Below, piece after piece: positions 26,326 to 37,289 of a stretch of 64,000 nt of DNA; the stretch's first letter is position 1, and every line of letters begins with the position of its first letter. The notes beneath the pieces are model-generated. The model did no database searches. It saw only the letters and a list, made by a program, of their open reading frames with translations, and had not been told where the DNA came from. Source of the stretch: Chamaesiphon sp. (lineage in GTDB: Bacteria > Cyanobacteriota > Cyanobacteriia > Cyanobacteriales > Chamaesiphonaceae). The stretch spans positions 64,001 to 128,000 of the forward strand of contig CBDFFH010000034.1 in the NCBI GenBank assembly GCA_965246715.1, in the 5' to 3' direction. The translations under genes were made by a program, and so were the position numbers.

Positions 26326-28392
26326 ATGGGGACTAACAGCGTGGGGAAAAAGTCAAATCAGTGTGCGGGTCAGCGCGTCTCCCAAGCCGCTAGGTATTTA
26401 TGCCTCTGTACCTGCTGCTCGATCGGCATTTCTCTACGTCCCGCGATCGCCACACCGCTACCTGCATCTACTGATTTCGGGCTAAATCAGCTCACTTCGA
26501 TACCGCTAACTTATCAGGTCGTCCAAGCTGGAACACCAGGTGCGCCACCGAGCACCAATCTCTATACCAATGGTGGTACGGTCGAGCTAAATGCCGACCA
26601 ACAAGAATTTAACAATAATACTCAGACCATTTATGCCACTGGCAAAGTTGTCCTGCGATTTAATAAAGCAGTGCTCAATGCCGACAGGTTGCGAGTGGAT
26701 CTCAGAACCAAGATTGCTACCGCTGAAGGCAGCGTCTCACTGATTCGCGGACAGCAAATCCTGTATGGGAATCGGTTTGACTACAACTTTGAAGATGATA
26801 AAGGTAGTATCGCCGAAGCTCGCGGTGATATTTTTCAGCCGACATTGGTACGAGATCTCAATATCTTAGAACAACGTACCCCAGCTCTCGCCGGCGAGCG
26901 GCAATTTCCCGAGCCAGTGCTCAGCGAACGCTTACGTAACGACCAGCCGATTACTAGCATTCAAAACACCAGCACCAGTGGTGTTGCCGTTGGTTCAGAC
27001 CAAGATATTCCCTATCAACCGACGCTCAAACCCAAGGGGACGATTAGCCGCTTGCGCTTTCAGGCGGATAAAGTGGATTTTGTCGGCGACCAGATCGACG
27101 CTGAAAAGATTCGCGTCACCAACGATCCATTTTCACCGCCAGAACTCCAAATCAAAGCAGATCGGGCACAATTTCGATCGATTAATAGTGATGAAGATGA
27201 GGTTGTCTTCAGTAATCCCCAGGTTAGAGTCGAGAATAGCTTTGACTTGCCGATCCCGCGCAATCGCTTGGTATTTAATAAATTAGGTAAAGATGCCAAT
27301 TCATTAAACTTTGGATTTGGTTTTGATAGTGAAGATCGGGGGGGGGTCTTTTTCGAGCAAAATTATTACCCGATTTTCGATTCAAAATTTCGGATGACGA
27401 TTACGCCACAGTATTTTATCCAACGTGCTGTTACGGGGTTGAAGCCGATCGATAGTTCGGTATTTGGTGTCAAAACTAGTATCGAAGCAAATGTCAGTCC
27501 CAATACAACAGTCCTAGCTTCGGCAGCTTTAAGTGGATTTGATACCAGTCAATTGAGCAATAACTTTCGGGGCAAGATAAGTGTCAACCAAAATGTTAAT
27601 GTATTTAGTTACCAGCATTTATTAGTTGCCGAAGCTAACTATCGCGATCGAATTTTCAATAATTCGTTAGGACTGCAAGATGTGCAGTCAACGATCGGTG
27701 CGGTATTATATTCACCCACTATCCCGATCGGGAATACTGGAGTCAATTTTGATTATCTACTCGGCGCACAAGTTATCGAGGCGAATACCGATCGGCAAAA
27801 TCTACTCCGACCGAATCGTCCCAACAATCTCGTAACGTTAAACCGCTATCAATCAGCCGCAAATCTGACTAAAAGTTTTCGATTGTGGGAGGGCAAAGGT
27901 TTATCACCAAATGACAAAGCGACTTACAATTATAGTCCCGTTCCAGTTATCCCATATCTCCAATTAAATACCGGAATTCGGAGTGCGATTAATAGCTATA
28001 GTAATGGCGACAACCAATCATTAATCGGCTATAGTATCGGAATTCAAGGCCAAATCGGTAATTTCTCTCGACCGAGTTTTGATTATACCGGATTTAATTT
28101 AAACTATTTTCAACAATTTCCGGGTACCAACTCGCCATTTTTATTCGATCGCATTGTCGATAATCGTGTGCTATCAGCAGGTCTCAATCAACAAATTTTT
28201 GGGCCATTACGCTTAGGAATTCAATCATCGCTCAATCTCGATACTGGCAAACAAATTAGTACCGATTATTATGTAGAATACAGCCGCCGCTCTTACAATG
28301 TGATTCTCCGTTACAATCCAGATTTAGGCTTAGCCTCGATCGGTTTCCGGTTGAATGATTTCAATTGGGATGGCATTACTCCAAGGTTTTAG
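26326..28392 (+). CDS. DUF3769 / LptD-like outer-membrane protein
   Basis: OstA-like N-terminus (ELNADQQEF..ATGKV), TNDPFSPPEL, beta-rich C-terminus ending in F; follows psbI. Confidence 0.8.
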   Translation: MGTNSVGKKSNQCAGQRVSQAARYLCLCTCCSIGISLRPAIATPLPASTDFGLNQLTSIPLTYQVVQAGTPGAPPSTNLYTNGGTVELNADQQEFNNNTQTIYATGKVVLRFNKAVLNADRLRVDLRTKIATAEGSVSLIRGQQILYGNRFDYNFEDDKGSIAEARGDIFQPTLVRDLNILEQRTPALAGERQFPEPVLSERLRNDQPITSIQNTSTSGVAVGSDQDIPYQPTLKPKGTISRLRFQADKVDFVGDQIDAEKIRVTNDPFSPPELQIKADRAQFRSINSDEDEVVFSNPQVRVENSFDLPIPRNRLVFNKLGKDANSLNFGFGFDSEDRGGVFFEQNYYPIFDSKFRMTITPQYFIQRAVTGLKPIDSSVFGVKTSIEANVSPNTTVLASAALSGFDTSQLSNNFRGKISVNQNVNVFSYQHLLVAEANYRDRIFNNSLGLQDVQSTIGAVLYSPTIPIGNTGVNFDYLLGAQVIEANTDRQNLLRPNRPNNLVTLNRYQSAANLTKSFRLWEGKGLSPNDKATYNYSPVPVIPYLQLNTGIRSAINSYSNGDNQSLIGYSIGIQGQIGNFSRPSFDYTGFNLNYFQQFPGTNSPFLFDRIVDNRVLSAGLNQQIFGPLRLGIQSSLNLDTGKQISTDYYVEYSRRSYNVILRYNPDLGLASIGFRLNDFNWDGITPRF

Positions 28393-28397
28393 CTCAC

Positions 28398-29735
28398 ATG
28401 AATCCCCGCCAACTAGCATTATTTGCACTTAACGATCTTGAGACTGGTAGCTTTACAGACGTGGTAGTCGATCGATTGCTAGGAAAATTTCAATTAACTG
28501 GGATCGATCGCAATTTCTTTACTGAATTAGTGCATGGGATCGTGCGGCGCAAGCGCACGTTAGATGCCATTATCGATCGCTTAGCCAAACAACCTGCCGA
28601 GCGACAGCCACCCAATCTCAAGCAATTACTGCGTCTGGGATTATATCAGCTCAGATATCTCGATCGCGTTCCCGATTCGGCGGCGGTCAATACGACTGTC
28701 GATTTAGCGAAAGCTAATGGTTTAGCTGGTTTAGCAGGCGTTGTAAATGGCATTTTACGTCAATATATCCGGCTCCAAGCCGAACGCCAAGAAGTATTAG
28801 ATTTACCTCTAGATCCGATCGGGAGATTGGGTACTTTATACAGCTTTCCCGACTGGCTGATCGAACATTGGCTGACAGAATTGGGCGAAATCGAAACCGA
28901 GCAATTGTGTCAGGCATTTAATACCGCCCCCAAAATCGATCTGCGGGTGAATGTGCTGAAGATCGATCGAGCCAACCTAATCGATATTTTTCAAACTGCT
29001 GGGATTGAAGTCGTGCCGATTCCCAATCTACCGCAAGGATTACAATTTACCAGCAGCGTCGGAGCGATCGATCGATTGCCGGGATACCATGAAGGCTGGT
29101 GGACGATCCAAGATAGTAGCGCCCAACTCGTCACTCATTTATTAAATCCGCAGCCAGGAGAAATTGTTATCGATGCCTGTGCCGCACCAGGGGGAAAAAC
29201 GACCCACATTGCAGAGTTGATGGGCGATACCGGGCAAATTTTTGCAGTAGATAAAACTGCGTCGCGGTTGAAAAAATTGCAACAAAATCTTAGCAGATTG
29301 CAGTTAAGTAACATAAAAATTTTAACTGGGGATAGCTGTGGTTTGGGTGAATTGACTGGCACAGCCGATCGCGTTTTATTAGATGCACCTTGTTCTGGAT
29401 TGGGTACGCTCCATCGACGTGCCGATGCTAGATGGCAAAAGACACCCGCACAAATTCATGAATTAGCCAAGTTACAATCGCAGTTATTGGCAAATACGGC
29501 TACTTGGGTCAAACCTGGCGGTGTGCTAGTATATGCCACTTGTACGGTACATCCGATCGAAAACGAGCGCGTCATTACTCCATTTTTAGCAACCCATCCT
29601 GACTGGCAGATCGAGCTACTACCCAGTGATTCGCCTTGGGCCGATTTTGTCGGTGCTAATGGCGCGATCGAAATTTGGCCCCACCGCCAGCAGATGGATG
29701 GCTTTTTCACGATCGCGCTCCGCCGCCTTGGGTGA
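28398..29735 (+). CDS. rsmB: 16S rRNA m5C967 methyltransferase RsmB/Sun
   Basis: NusB-like N-terminus, IQDSSAQ, DACAAPGGKT, LLDAPCSG, VYATCT. Confidence 0.93.
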   Translation: MNPRQLALFALNDLETGSFTDVVVDRLLGKFQLTGIDRNFFTELVHGIVRRKRTLDAIIDRLAKQPAERQPPNLKQLLRLGLYQLRYLDRVPDSAAVNTTVDLAKANGLAGLAGVVNGILRQYIRLQAERQEVLDLPLDPIGRLGTLYSFPDWLIEHWLTELGEIETEQLCQAFNTAPKIDLRVNVLKIDRANLIDIFQTAGIEVVPIPNLPQGLQFTSSVGAIDRLPGYHEGWWTIQDSSAQLVTHLLNPQPGEIVIDACAAPGGKTTHIAELMGDTGQIFAVDKTASRLKKLQQNLSRLQLSNIKILTGDSCGLGELTGTADRVLLDAPCSGLGTLHRRADARWQKTPAQIHELAKLQSQLLANTATWVKPGGVLVYATCTVHPIENERVITPFLATHPDWQIELLPSDSPWADFVGANGAIEIWPHRQQMDGFFTIALRRLG

Positions 29736-29837
29736 TAAAATGTCCGAGCGGATCGAGCTGAGTGAGTTGTGTGTCGGTCACGAGCAAATTTCAGCCAATT
29801 GATAACTATTATTATTAAGGATGTACTCGATCGAGAG

Positions 29838-29913
29838 AAAAAATCGGATGGCTGAAGATTAATTCAGCTATCCGATCTGCCGATCCTTAATTTGTTAGAG
29901 AGGAGAACACTAA
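29838..29913 (-). ncRNA. isaR1: IsaR1-like iron-stress sRNA (conserved core and terminator)
   Basis: Minus strand AGTGTTCTCCTCTC..AAGGATCGGCAG matches the IsaR1 core as recalled, then hairpin ATCGGATAGCTGAA/TTCAGCCATCCGAT and a U-tract. Confidence 0.75.
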
Positions 29914-30033
29914 ATCGATGACTAGAAGCTAGAACTATCTTTACACCGCCGGCACCGCACGAGCGTACGTCTGAAGCTACTCGGTCGATCGCGGATTGAC
30001 TGCTTGATGTCAGCGAACTTAAGCGATGTAAAT

Positions 30034-30099
30034 ACTATACCTGTATTGAGAATTACTGTCAATACAATTTGAGAGATTATGGCCATAATTTCTCAAATT
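30034..30099 (-). promoter_or_regulatory. Sigma70 promoter with Fur-type box upstream of the IsaR1-like RNA
   Basis: Minus strand TTGACA (30057-30062)-17 bp-TATAGT (30034-30039); palindrome TATTGAGAATTACTGTCAATA overlaps -35; second palindrome TTTGAGAGATTAT-GGCC-ATAATTTCTCAAA. Confidence 0.7.
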
Positions 30100-30124
30100 G
30101 TAGCAATTTAGCCGATCGGATCGA

Positions 30125-30739
30125 CTACCACAGTTGCCACCATGACTTGCCACCGCACCAAGAAACACCAGCGGTAAATTGCCGACCACTTGCAGTGGTG
30201 CCTGTATAAGCCCAATAAACGCCAGAATTGCTGTGATTATTGGGATCTGTAACCGATCGACCGGGTTCGAGCCAACCATTGCGATCTAGATCGTACCACT
30301 CTTGAAATTGCTGAGCGCTGAAAAAGCCGCCAGTAATTGAGTGCAAAACTAAGACATTACCTTTGCGGATATATGCGCCAAATCGATCGATCCGGATCTT
30401 CTCAGTCGATCGATTGGTAATAGTTGTGGAATAGTAGGGTTTGTGGCGGTGTTTACGCTCGCTGTAATGCGCGATCTCCAGTAGACTATTCCCGATCTTT
30501 AACGCTGACAAATCGATGGTTGCAAAAATCAGATCGATATTTTTGTCAAATTTAGGCTGCTGTTCGACAGCAACTTCGATAGTTTGTGGCTCGACTTCGA
30601 TGATTTGGGACGCGGTACTTGCTGAACTGCGCCAAAGCTGCATTTTCTCCAGATCGATCGTGCCGAGCATCCCCGGTTTATCGGTGGTCAGTCGATCGTC
30701 GAGGTTTGACTTGCGTTCTGTTTGCAGTTGCTCGTTCAT
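30125..30739 (-). CDS. Hypothetical protein
   Basis: ORF, probable start ATG 30739; family not recognised. Confidence 0.6.
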   Translation of the reverse strand: MNEQLQTERKSNLDDRLTTDKPGMLGTIDLEKMQLWRSSASTASQIIEVEPQTIEVAVEQQPKFDKNIDLIFATIDLSALKIGNSLLEIAHYSERKHRHKPYYSTTITNRSTEKIRIDRFGAYIRKGNVLVLHSITGGFFSAQQFQEWYDLDRNGWLEPGRSVTDPNNHSNSGVYWAYTGTTASGRQFTAGVSWCGGKSWWQLW

Positions 30740-31558
30740 TAATTGACTACCTAATCTACCGATATTCTGGGTTGTAGATTTAACATACCCACAAAATATC
30801 GATCGATTGCAGCTACCAGCAAGAAAGTCTTCACTCAGGAATGCGATCGAGGGAGCGCACATACCAGAGAACCGAAAAATGTCAATGATGCGACAATAAG
30901 TGATGTTTAGTTCGCGCCATCTCTGGGTACGCTAGAGCTACTCACATCTTGGATCGAAACAAAGTTATTAGTGCTTTAGTGGTTCGTGGCTAGCGATGCG
31001 CGCTCCGTCTGTGCCTACGGCAGGCTTACGCCAACGACACGCCTCGCTTCGCTCGTCTACGGGTTCCCCGAGGGTTTAGCGATCGAGACAGTGGCTAGTT
31101 TTAGTAATCATGAGTACGTTTTGTGGTGATTTCACCAATTTTTATGTACTAGTGCAAGATGTGAGGCAATCGATTAAGCAGATCGCTTTCTAGATAACAC
31201 ATATAGCTCGATCGAGTTATCGCCCATTTTGTATATATTGTCACAATTACTGTTGCGAGGTACACTTAAAGTTTACTCTTAGCTAGATAAAAATGATTTG
31301 CACTTAATAGTTACACTCTATAATAAAGGTCATCTCAATCGACGATCTGAGTAAGCTAACTGTATCGTGATTATCAGTTTTGCATCCAGTATGCAGATTA
31401 AGCTAAGTTGCGAATAGTGCGCCTAAGCTCTGACAATGCGGATCGAAATTATGGCGATCGATCTGGAGATAGAAGAGCTACCTTCGACAGTCACTCAGCT
31501 TGAGTCTGAGGATGTCAATGTAAATGTCCTAAAGTTAAATGTGAGGAGAATCGCCCGA

Positions 31559-33214
31559 ATGTCATCAATATTTTGGAAATCTGTATTTATTAGTCCTGTA
31601 GTTTTGGGCATGTCTGTCTTGCTATCCACAGGGGTAATGGCAGCACCAAAACACAACGGAACCGCTACCCCAGCAGTAACTGGTACAGCTAACGACTTAA
31701 TTTTAAACAAAGCTAGTGGTGCTAATTCTGTCAAACTTGCTGCTGGTGAACCAGCTCCCGCAACGACGACTCCAGCGACCACCACACCAGAAGTCGCCGA
31801 TATTATCAAGCCTAGCGATTGGCAATATACCGCCCTTCAAGGTATCGCTGCTAAATATGGTTGTAATCCTAATTTCAACAACCAGCCCGTTTCGCAAACC
31901 GAATTTGCGCGGGGTCTGAATACTTGTCTCAATAGAGTCGAAACAAGTATCGCACTGGAACAAAAGCCAAAATATCCTCCTTCCACGACTCCTCCAGCGC
32001 CTTCAGCTCCTTATACCCCCTCCAACGCAGCTACCAAAGAAGACCTCGAAGTCCTCAAGCGGTTGACTCAAGAGTTTCGCGCTCAACTGACTGAAATCGA
32101 CAGCAAGATCGTTGCCCAAGACAAAAAAGTCGCTCAACTGCAAAGCACTCAGTTTTCGACTACTACTAAGCTCAAAGGCGAAGCCGTCTTTAATATCAGT
32201 GGTGTTGCTAGTGGTGCAACTCGAAATAATACCATCGTTGGCGATCGCGTCCGGCTCTTATTTGAAAGTAGCTTCACTGGTAAAGATCGGCTCTGGACAC
32301 GTCTGGCCACTGGGAACTCAACTAGCCTCGGCAGTACTTTTACAGTTCCTAGCACCACTGGTGGACAAGTAATCGATACCAATGGTAACAATACCACCGG
32401 GATTGACTGGTTGGCCTATCAGTTCCCTGTCGGTAGTACCAACGTCTATGTAGCAGCCTTTAACGCTCTTCAGGTAGACTATGCGCCTTCCTTCGCACCA
32501 AATTTTGATGATTTCTCTGGTGCTAGTGGTGCAATCGGTGCTTTTTCTGAATCTAGCCCCATCTACAAAATCGGTGGTGGTAGCGGCGCTGGTGCGACTA
32601 TTCCGATCGCGGATACTGGCTTGGCATCTGTTTCGGTCGGTTACTTTGCCTTCAATGCTAACAGCCCTGTGACAGATCGCGGCTTGTTTGGTACGGATAA
32701 TTCCATCCTCGGACAACTCAACTTCAAGCTCTCTCCGCAGCTAGAAGGCGGTTTAACTTACATCAACAGCTCCCACTCCGGCACGATTTATAATGGCACA
32801 GGCGTAATCGTCGGTACTCCATTGGCTAACTCCAGTGCTGGTCGGACTTCGGCTAACTCATACGGTTTAGAGCTGGCATACAAAGCTAGCGATAAACTCA
32901 CCTTCAATGGATTTGCATTGAGAACCGATGCTAGTAAAGGTGGCGCGATCGGCAAACAGGAAATTTGGAGCTACGGTGGTGGCGTGGCATTCCCGGATAT
33001 TGACGGGAAAGGTAGCCTTGCTGGTTTATTTGTAGGTGCCGAACCCTATGTTGGTGGTGCTGGTAATACACCGTTCCACTTGGAAGGTTTCTACAAATAC
33101 AAACTCAGCGAAAATCTCTCGATTACGCCTGGGTTGATCTTCCTGACTTCAACTGATGAACTCAACAAAAATAGTGCATTAATTGGCGTAATCAGAACTA
33201 CCTTCCTGTTCTAA
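31559..33214 (+). CDS. SLH-domain outer-membrane porin (OprB/SomA-like)
   Basis: GAGGAG RBS, signal peptide, SLH-like DWQYTALQ..KYGC..EFARGLN, QFSTTTKLKGE, terminal RTTFLF. Confidence 0.9.
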   Translation: MSSIFWKSVFISPVVLGMSVLLSTGVMAAPKHNGTATPAVTGTANDLILNKASGANSVKLAAGEPAPATTTPATTTPEVADIIKPSDWQYTALQGIAAKYGCNPNFNNQPVSQTEFARGLNTCLNRVETSIALEQKPKYPPSTTPPAPSAPYTPSNAATKEDLEVLKRLTQEFRAQLTEIDSKIVAQDKKVAQLQSTQFSTTTKLKGEAVFNISGVASGATRNNTIVGDRVRLLFESSFTGKDRLWTRLATGNSTSLGSTFTVPSTTGGQVIDTNGNNTTGIDWLAYQFPVGSTNVYVAAFNALQVDYAPSFAPNFDDFSGASGAIGAFSESSPIYKIGGGSGAGATIPIADTGLASVSVGYFAFNANSPVTDRGLFGTDNSILGQLNFKLSPQLEGGLTYINSSHSGTIYNGTGVIVGTPLANSSAGRTSANSYGLELAYKASDKLTFNGFALRTDASKGGAIGKQEIWSYGGGVAFPDIDGKGSLAGLFVGAEPYVGGAGNTPFHLEGFYKYKLSENLSITPGLIFLTSTDELNKNSALIGVIRTTFLF

Positions 33215-33236
33215 TTATCGGCGATTCATGCGATCG

Positions 33237-33287
33237 AAAAGTTGCCAGATAGATGTGATTCATTACACTTTTCTGGCAACTTTTTTT
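33237..33287. terminator. Probable bidirectional terminator
   Basis: AAAAGTTGCCAGA...TCTGGCAACTTTT between convergent genes. Confidence 0.65.
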
Positions 33288-33294
33288 GTGCCAA

Positions 33295-33837
33295 CTATTC
33301 ACTAACAACCAGATATTTAGGTGGGATCGAGCAATATAATTGAGCCGTACCGATCGCCAGGCGATCGTCAGGAAATTTTAAACCGATAACTCCCCCTTTT
33401 TTTAAAATAATTTGATGACAGATTTTACCAAAAATTAATAATTCAGCCCATTCACTCAAATTAGGCTCGTGTCCGACCACCGCTAGCGTATTTATCGGCC
33501 GATTGGTAGCTCGCGCTGCCCAAGCATCCAGCCAAGATTGGAGATTTCCAGCTGGTGCTAAATCTGCGGATATTTCTAGTTGAGTACTAAGCCGAGCATC
33601 CATCAAAATGTCCACAGTTTGCCGCGCACGCACTAATGGACTAGTCATTATCAGATCGAATTTTAGGCCAGATTCGTGCAATCGATCGGCAACTTGTGCC
33701 ATCTTTTTACGTCCTAGTTTAGTAAGCGGTCTGGATTCATCGGTGGCAATTGGGTCGGCGGTAGTCGGATCGATATCGTTGGCGAAGCCTCCCGGAACGG
33801 GAATCGCAATCGCATGACGAATTAGATATAAGTACAT
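33295..33837 (-). CDS. sixA: Phosphohistidine phosphatase SixA
   Basis: LYLIRHAIA, RPLT..G, TSPLVRARQT, VGHEP. Confidence 0.9.
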   Translation of the reverse strand: MYLYLIRHAIAIPVPGGFANDIDPTTADPIATDESRPLTKLGRKKMAQVADRLHESGLKFDLIMTSPLVRARQTVDILMDARLSTQLEISADLAPAGNLQSWLDAWAARATNRPINTLAVVGHEPNLSEWAELLIFGKICHQIILKKGGVIGLKFPDDRLAIGTAQLYCSIPPKYLVVSE

Positions 33838-33990
33838 ATTTTTATTAAGTATTTGTAGCTAATGAGCGTTCGAGTGGATGATAAAAACTGGGTAGCTTGT
33901 TTACAATTTATGATGCTTTGATACATCCATCGATCGATGGGGAATGTTAGAAATGAATCATAAGTGCTTTAGATCTAGGGTGCAGTAGTT

Positions 33991-34689
33991 ATGTCAGAAC
34001 CACATGTGGAAGATTTGGTTATCCACCGCAATCGGCAATTGCGGTGGGAAGCTTTTTTGCCCAAGCGCAAGGCTTGGCTCCAAACACTAATTTTATTGCC
34101 ATTTGGCTTGCCAGTCGCACACTTCTTGGCGGCTAGTTGGCAGTTCTCCATTAATTCGATCTTCGAAGAGCGCCAATATTTGATTGGCATTCTATCGATG
34201 GTGTTTAATCTGTTACTGCCCAGTTTATTTTTTGCCTTCGTATTTCATTGGGGCTGGTTCGTGTGGAGATCGACAGCAGCTCGCTGGTACCCCCAAGCTC
34301 AAGCATTCTGGGCAGGATGCTATGCTACATTGACGATCGCGATCGCATTTGGGGCGGTCGGACTATTTACCAGTAGTTTGGGTGTCTGTGGCAACCCCGC
34401 TTGGAATGAGATCGGACAATCGCTACTGTGTAATTTAGACGGTTATGGGTTTGAATCCAAATCCTGGTTTGGGGTCTGGTTTATTATCGCGGCTTATTGC
34501 TATAAAGTGCGGGACGTATTAGTTGCTAGAGCCAATTCTCTTCAACAAAAAATGTTCCGACAGCGTTACGCACAACCAACAGATCGACCCGATCTTCCTT
34601 CCATAGTTACCGGAGATAGCGACTTAGATCCGCATGAAGATTTCAGAGCTACTACTGGTGAACCAATGACTGTCAAGCTGCAAGACTAG
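33991..34689 (+). CDS. Hypothetical multi-pass membrane protein
   Basis: 232-aa ORF with about four TM segments. Confidence 0.65.
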   Translation: MSEPHVEDLVIHRNRQLRWEAFLPKRKAWLQTLILLPFGLPVAHFLAASWQFSINSIFEERQYLIGILSMVFNLLLPSLFFAFVFHWGWFVWRSTAARWYPQAQAFWAGCYATLTIAIAFGAVGLFTSSLGVCGNPAWNEIGQSLLCNLDGYGFESKSWFGVWFIIAAYCYKVRDVLVARANSLQQKMFRQRYAQPTDRPDLPSIVTGDSDLDPHEDFRATTGEPMTVKLQD

Positions 34690-34775
34690 ATCCGAACTTT
34701 TCATCTCAATGTTAGAATGTGACGAGATCGCGCCGATAGTAACAGCACGCCGTAAGGCGATCGCCATTAAGTACT

Positions 34776-35540
34776 TTGCTAAACCGAAATCATCAGCATC
34801 TTTTTAACCTTGGGAGTTTGTACCGCGTATCGATCGGTACAGCAATTGTTTTGTTGGGATGCTGGGGCTATGTTATCCCGAGCATCGCCAGCCCAAATCC
34901 AATCGCTCAAAATCCCGTTCCATCCGCACCACAACCGAATACCGATCGGATCGATCTCAGCCCGGAAATCATCAATGGTAGCCCCGTCCTTCAAAAATGG
35001 ATGAAGGAAATACCTGATGTGCTCGATGATATCAACAGAGATCCCAGTTTTCGGACGCGGGTGAAAGTTGGTTATTCTCAATATCCCTCTGCGGGACAGA
35101 CTGGTGGCTTTCATCTAGCTGTAGAAGACATGTTCTTTGGTCGCAGCGGACTCTCAGCCAGTGCTAATTATAATGCTAGTTTTGATGGTGTTCGCAGTGC
35201 TTATGGTGCCGACGCTCAATACTATCTGTTGCCATTAGGCGGCTATATCAATATCACACCACTGGTAGGGTTTCGCCATCTGCAAACCGACAAATACAAT
35301 CGCGACGGTCTCAATCTCGGCGTGAAATTGATGCTAGTTCCGTCACGGGGTGGCGGCGCAGATATTTCGCTGAGTCAAAGTTGGGTGGGCTTAGGTGGGA
35401 ATACTGAGACGGGTTTGACGACATTCTCGGTTGGGTATGCTCTTACCAATCATCTCCGCATATCCACTGATATCCAACAGCAAAATGCTAAGGAAAATTA
35501 TGATAGTCGGGTTGGCATCGGTGTTGAGTGGATGCCATAA
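34776..35540 (+). CDS. Exported beta-barrel-like hypothetical protein
   Basis: Signal-like segment, SPVLQKWM..IPDVL.DI..DPSFRTR, alternating beta strands; start uncertain. Confidence 0.7.
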   Translation: MLNRNHQHLFNLGSLYRVSIGTAIVLLGCWGYVIPSIASPNPIAQNPVPSAPQPNTDRIDLSPEIINGSPVLQKWMKEIPDVLDDINRDPSFRTRVKVGYSQYPSAGQTGGFHLAVEDMFFGRSGLSASANYNASFDGVRSAYGADAQYYLLPLGGYINITPLVGFRHLQTDKYNRDGLNLGVKLMLVPSRGGGADISLSQSWVGLGGNTETGLTTFSVGYALTNHLRISTDIQQQNAKENYDSRVGIGVEWMP

Positions 35541-35661
35541 AATTATGAATTATGAATCGCGGTCGAGCAGCTCGATCGCATATGTATATTTGGAGGGTGA
35601 GCACTGCTCACCCGCTATGCTTGAGCTGCGTAACCGTTGACATATCGCCGATCGTGTCTAT

Positions 35662-36015
35662 TTAATTGGGATGCTCGGTTAACTCTGATGGCAGGATAAA
35701 TGAGCCATCTAGGGTAGCTTCGAGATCGGTAGCCTGAATTACGGCATCGATATTTAATTCGCCGTATATGTGGGGAAATAAATTATGGGGATCTGCACCT
35801 TCGTAGCGAATTTCTGCTGTAACCAGAGCGGGATCGATCGAGAGAATAACTAAATCTTTTTTATCTTTAAAAAAACGATTTGCCGAACCGAGAACTTGAG
35901 GTGCTGTCGAACAATGAATAAATCCTTCGGTAGCTAGCGAATCGCTGCGATAAGTACCGATATTTTTGGCTGTTTTCCAGTGGTTTCTAGTGGTAATGTG
36001 GAACATAGAAGTCAT
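35662..36015 (-). CDS. DUF952 family protein
   Basis: FHIT...W, EGFIHCS, FPHIYG. Confidence 0.88.
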   Translation of the reverse strand: MTSMFHITTRNHWKTAKNIGTYRSDSLATEGFIHCSTAPQVLGSANRFFKDKKDLVILSIDPALVTAEIRYEGADPHNLFPHIYGELNIDAVIQATDLEATLDGSFILPSELTEHPN

Positions 36016-36194
36016 AAATAATCTCTCAAAATAGCTTAATTATCGATCGATCTAACCGAAACAGATCGCTTGGGTATTCGTAGACAAATAGGATCTAAAA
36101 TTTAGGTGTTCCTTACTAAATTGCTGTCGTAAATCATCAACGATTGACAAAAACTGCTAGGATGTATCTACTCGAAGCCGAGCGATCGCCGAAG

Positions 36195-36262
36195 AAGATG
36201 GGGAAAGTTTGGTGTAAAACCAACGCTGTCCCGCAACTGTAATATAAGCCAGAATGCCCGTC
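36195..36262 (+). promoter_or_regulatory. Cobalamin riboswitch (3' conserved portion; 5' boundary unclear)
   Basis: GGGAAAGTTTGGTGTAAAACCAACGCTGTCCCGCAACTGTAA...AAGCCAGAATGCCC upstream of cbiM. Confidence 0.8.
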
Positions 36263-36320
36263 ATTTCCAAGGTCTCGGTATGAGCGTCACTTCAAATAAT
36301 GTCTATCTGCGAGGTACGGA

Positions 36321-37091
36321 ATGACAAATACACACCGCTGGAATCGCACCATCAGCCTGGGGTTGATGGCAATATGTAGTTTTCATCAAATTATCGGTTC
36401 GACCCCACCCGCAGCCGCGATGCACATTGCTGAAGGGTATTTGCCAGTACAGTGGGCGATATTTTGGTGGGTAGTTGCATTGCCATTTTTTCTGCTAGGT
36501 TTGCGTTCCCTGACCCGGATTACTCGCCAAAATCCCGAACTCAAGTTATTGCTGGCTCTCTCTGGAGCCTTTACCTTCGTCCTCTCCGCCCTCAAAATCC
36601 CTTCAGTGACTGGAAGCTGTTCGCACCCTACTGGGACGGGCTTGGGGACGATTTTGTTTGGCCCGCTAGCGATGTCAGTCATGGGAGGACTGGTGTTATT
36701 ATTTCAAGCCGTATTACTCGCACATGGTGGGTTGACAACCTTGGGTGCGAATATGTTTTCGATGGCGATCGTCGGGCCGATGGTCGCTTATGTAGTGTAC
36801 AAAGTAGTGCTCAAGACCGGACATCAGAAATTAGCCGTTTTTCTCGCAGCAATGCTGGAAGATTTGCTAACTTATCTGACAACAGCAGTACAATTAGCCT
36901 TAGCTTTTCCAGCCGCTCAGGGTGGTTTTATTGCTTCGTTGATTAAGTTTGTGGGGATATTTGCAGTGACGCAAATTCCCTTAGCAGTTAGTGAAGGATT
37001 ATTGACACTATTAGTCTGGAACTGGCTACAAGATTATGGTCAGCAGGAATTACAAACCCTCAATTTAATTCAACAAAAGAAGGAGGCATAG
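36321..37091 (+). CDS. cbiM: Cobalt ECF transporter S component CbiM
   Basis: Signal peptide ending AAA then [35 protein letters not shown]. Confidence 0.95.
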   Translation: MTNTHRWNRTISLGLMAICSFHQIIGSTPPAAAMHIAEGYLPVQWAIFWWVVALPFFLLGLRSLTRITRQNPELKLLLALSGAFTFVLSALKIPSVTGSCSHPTGTGLGTILFGPLAMSVMGGLVLLFQAVLLAHGGLTTLGANMFSMAIVGPMVAYVVYKVVLKTGHQKLAVFLAAMLEDLLTYLTTAVQLALAFPAAQGGFIASLIKFVGIFAVTQIPLAVSEGLLTLLVWNWLQDYGQQELQTLNLIQQKKEA

Positions 37092-37142
37092 GCGAGCGAG
37101 AATCGAAAATAAGTGAGCTTATTGCCTGATATAAAAATATAA

Positions 37143-37232
37143 TATAGCGGTTCTCATTCTAGAAAAGGGCATTTTTAGTGGCTGGTGACTAGTGGCTAGT
37201 GAATGTACCTCATTCGATTGGGAACCGCCATA
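37143..37232. mobile_element. Small MITE-like element between cbiM and cbiN
   Basis: Imperfect terminal inverted repeats TATAGCGGTTCTCA / TGGGAACCGCCATA. Confidence 0.55.
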
Positions 37233-37289
37233 ATCAATTATCGATCTTTAAAGACGCGCTGTATTTAATATTTAATCTGAAAAGTTTTC

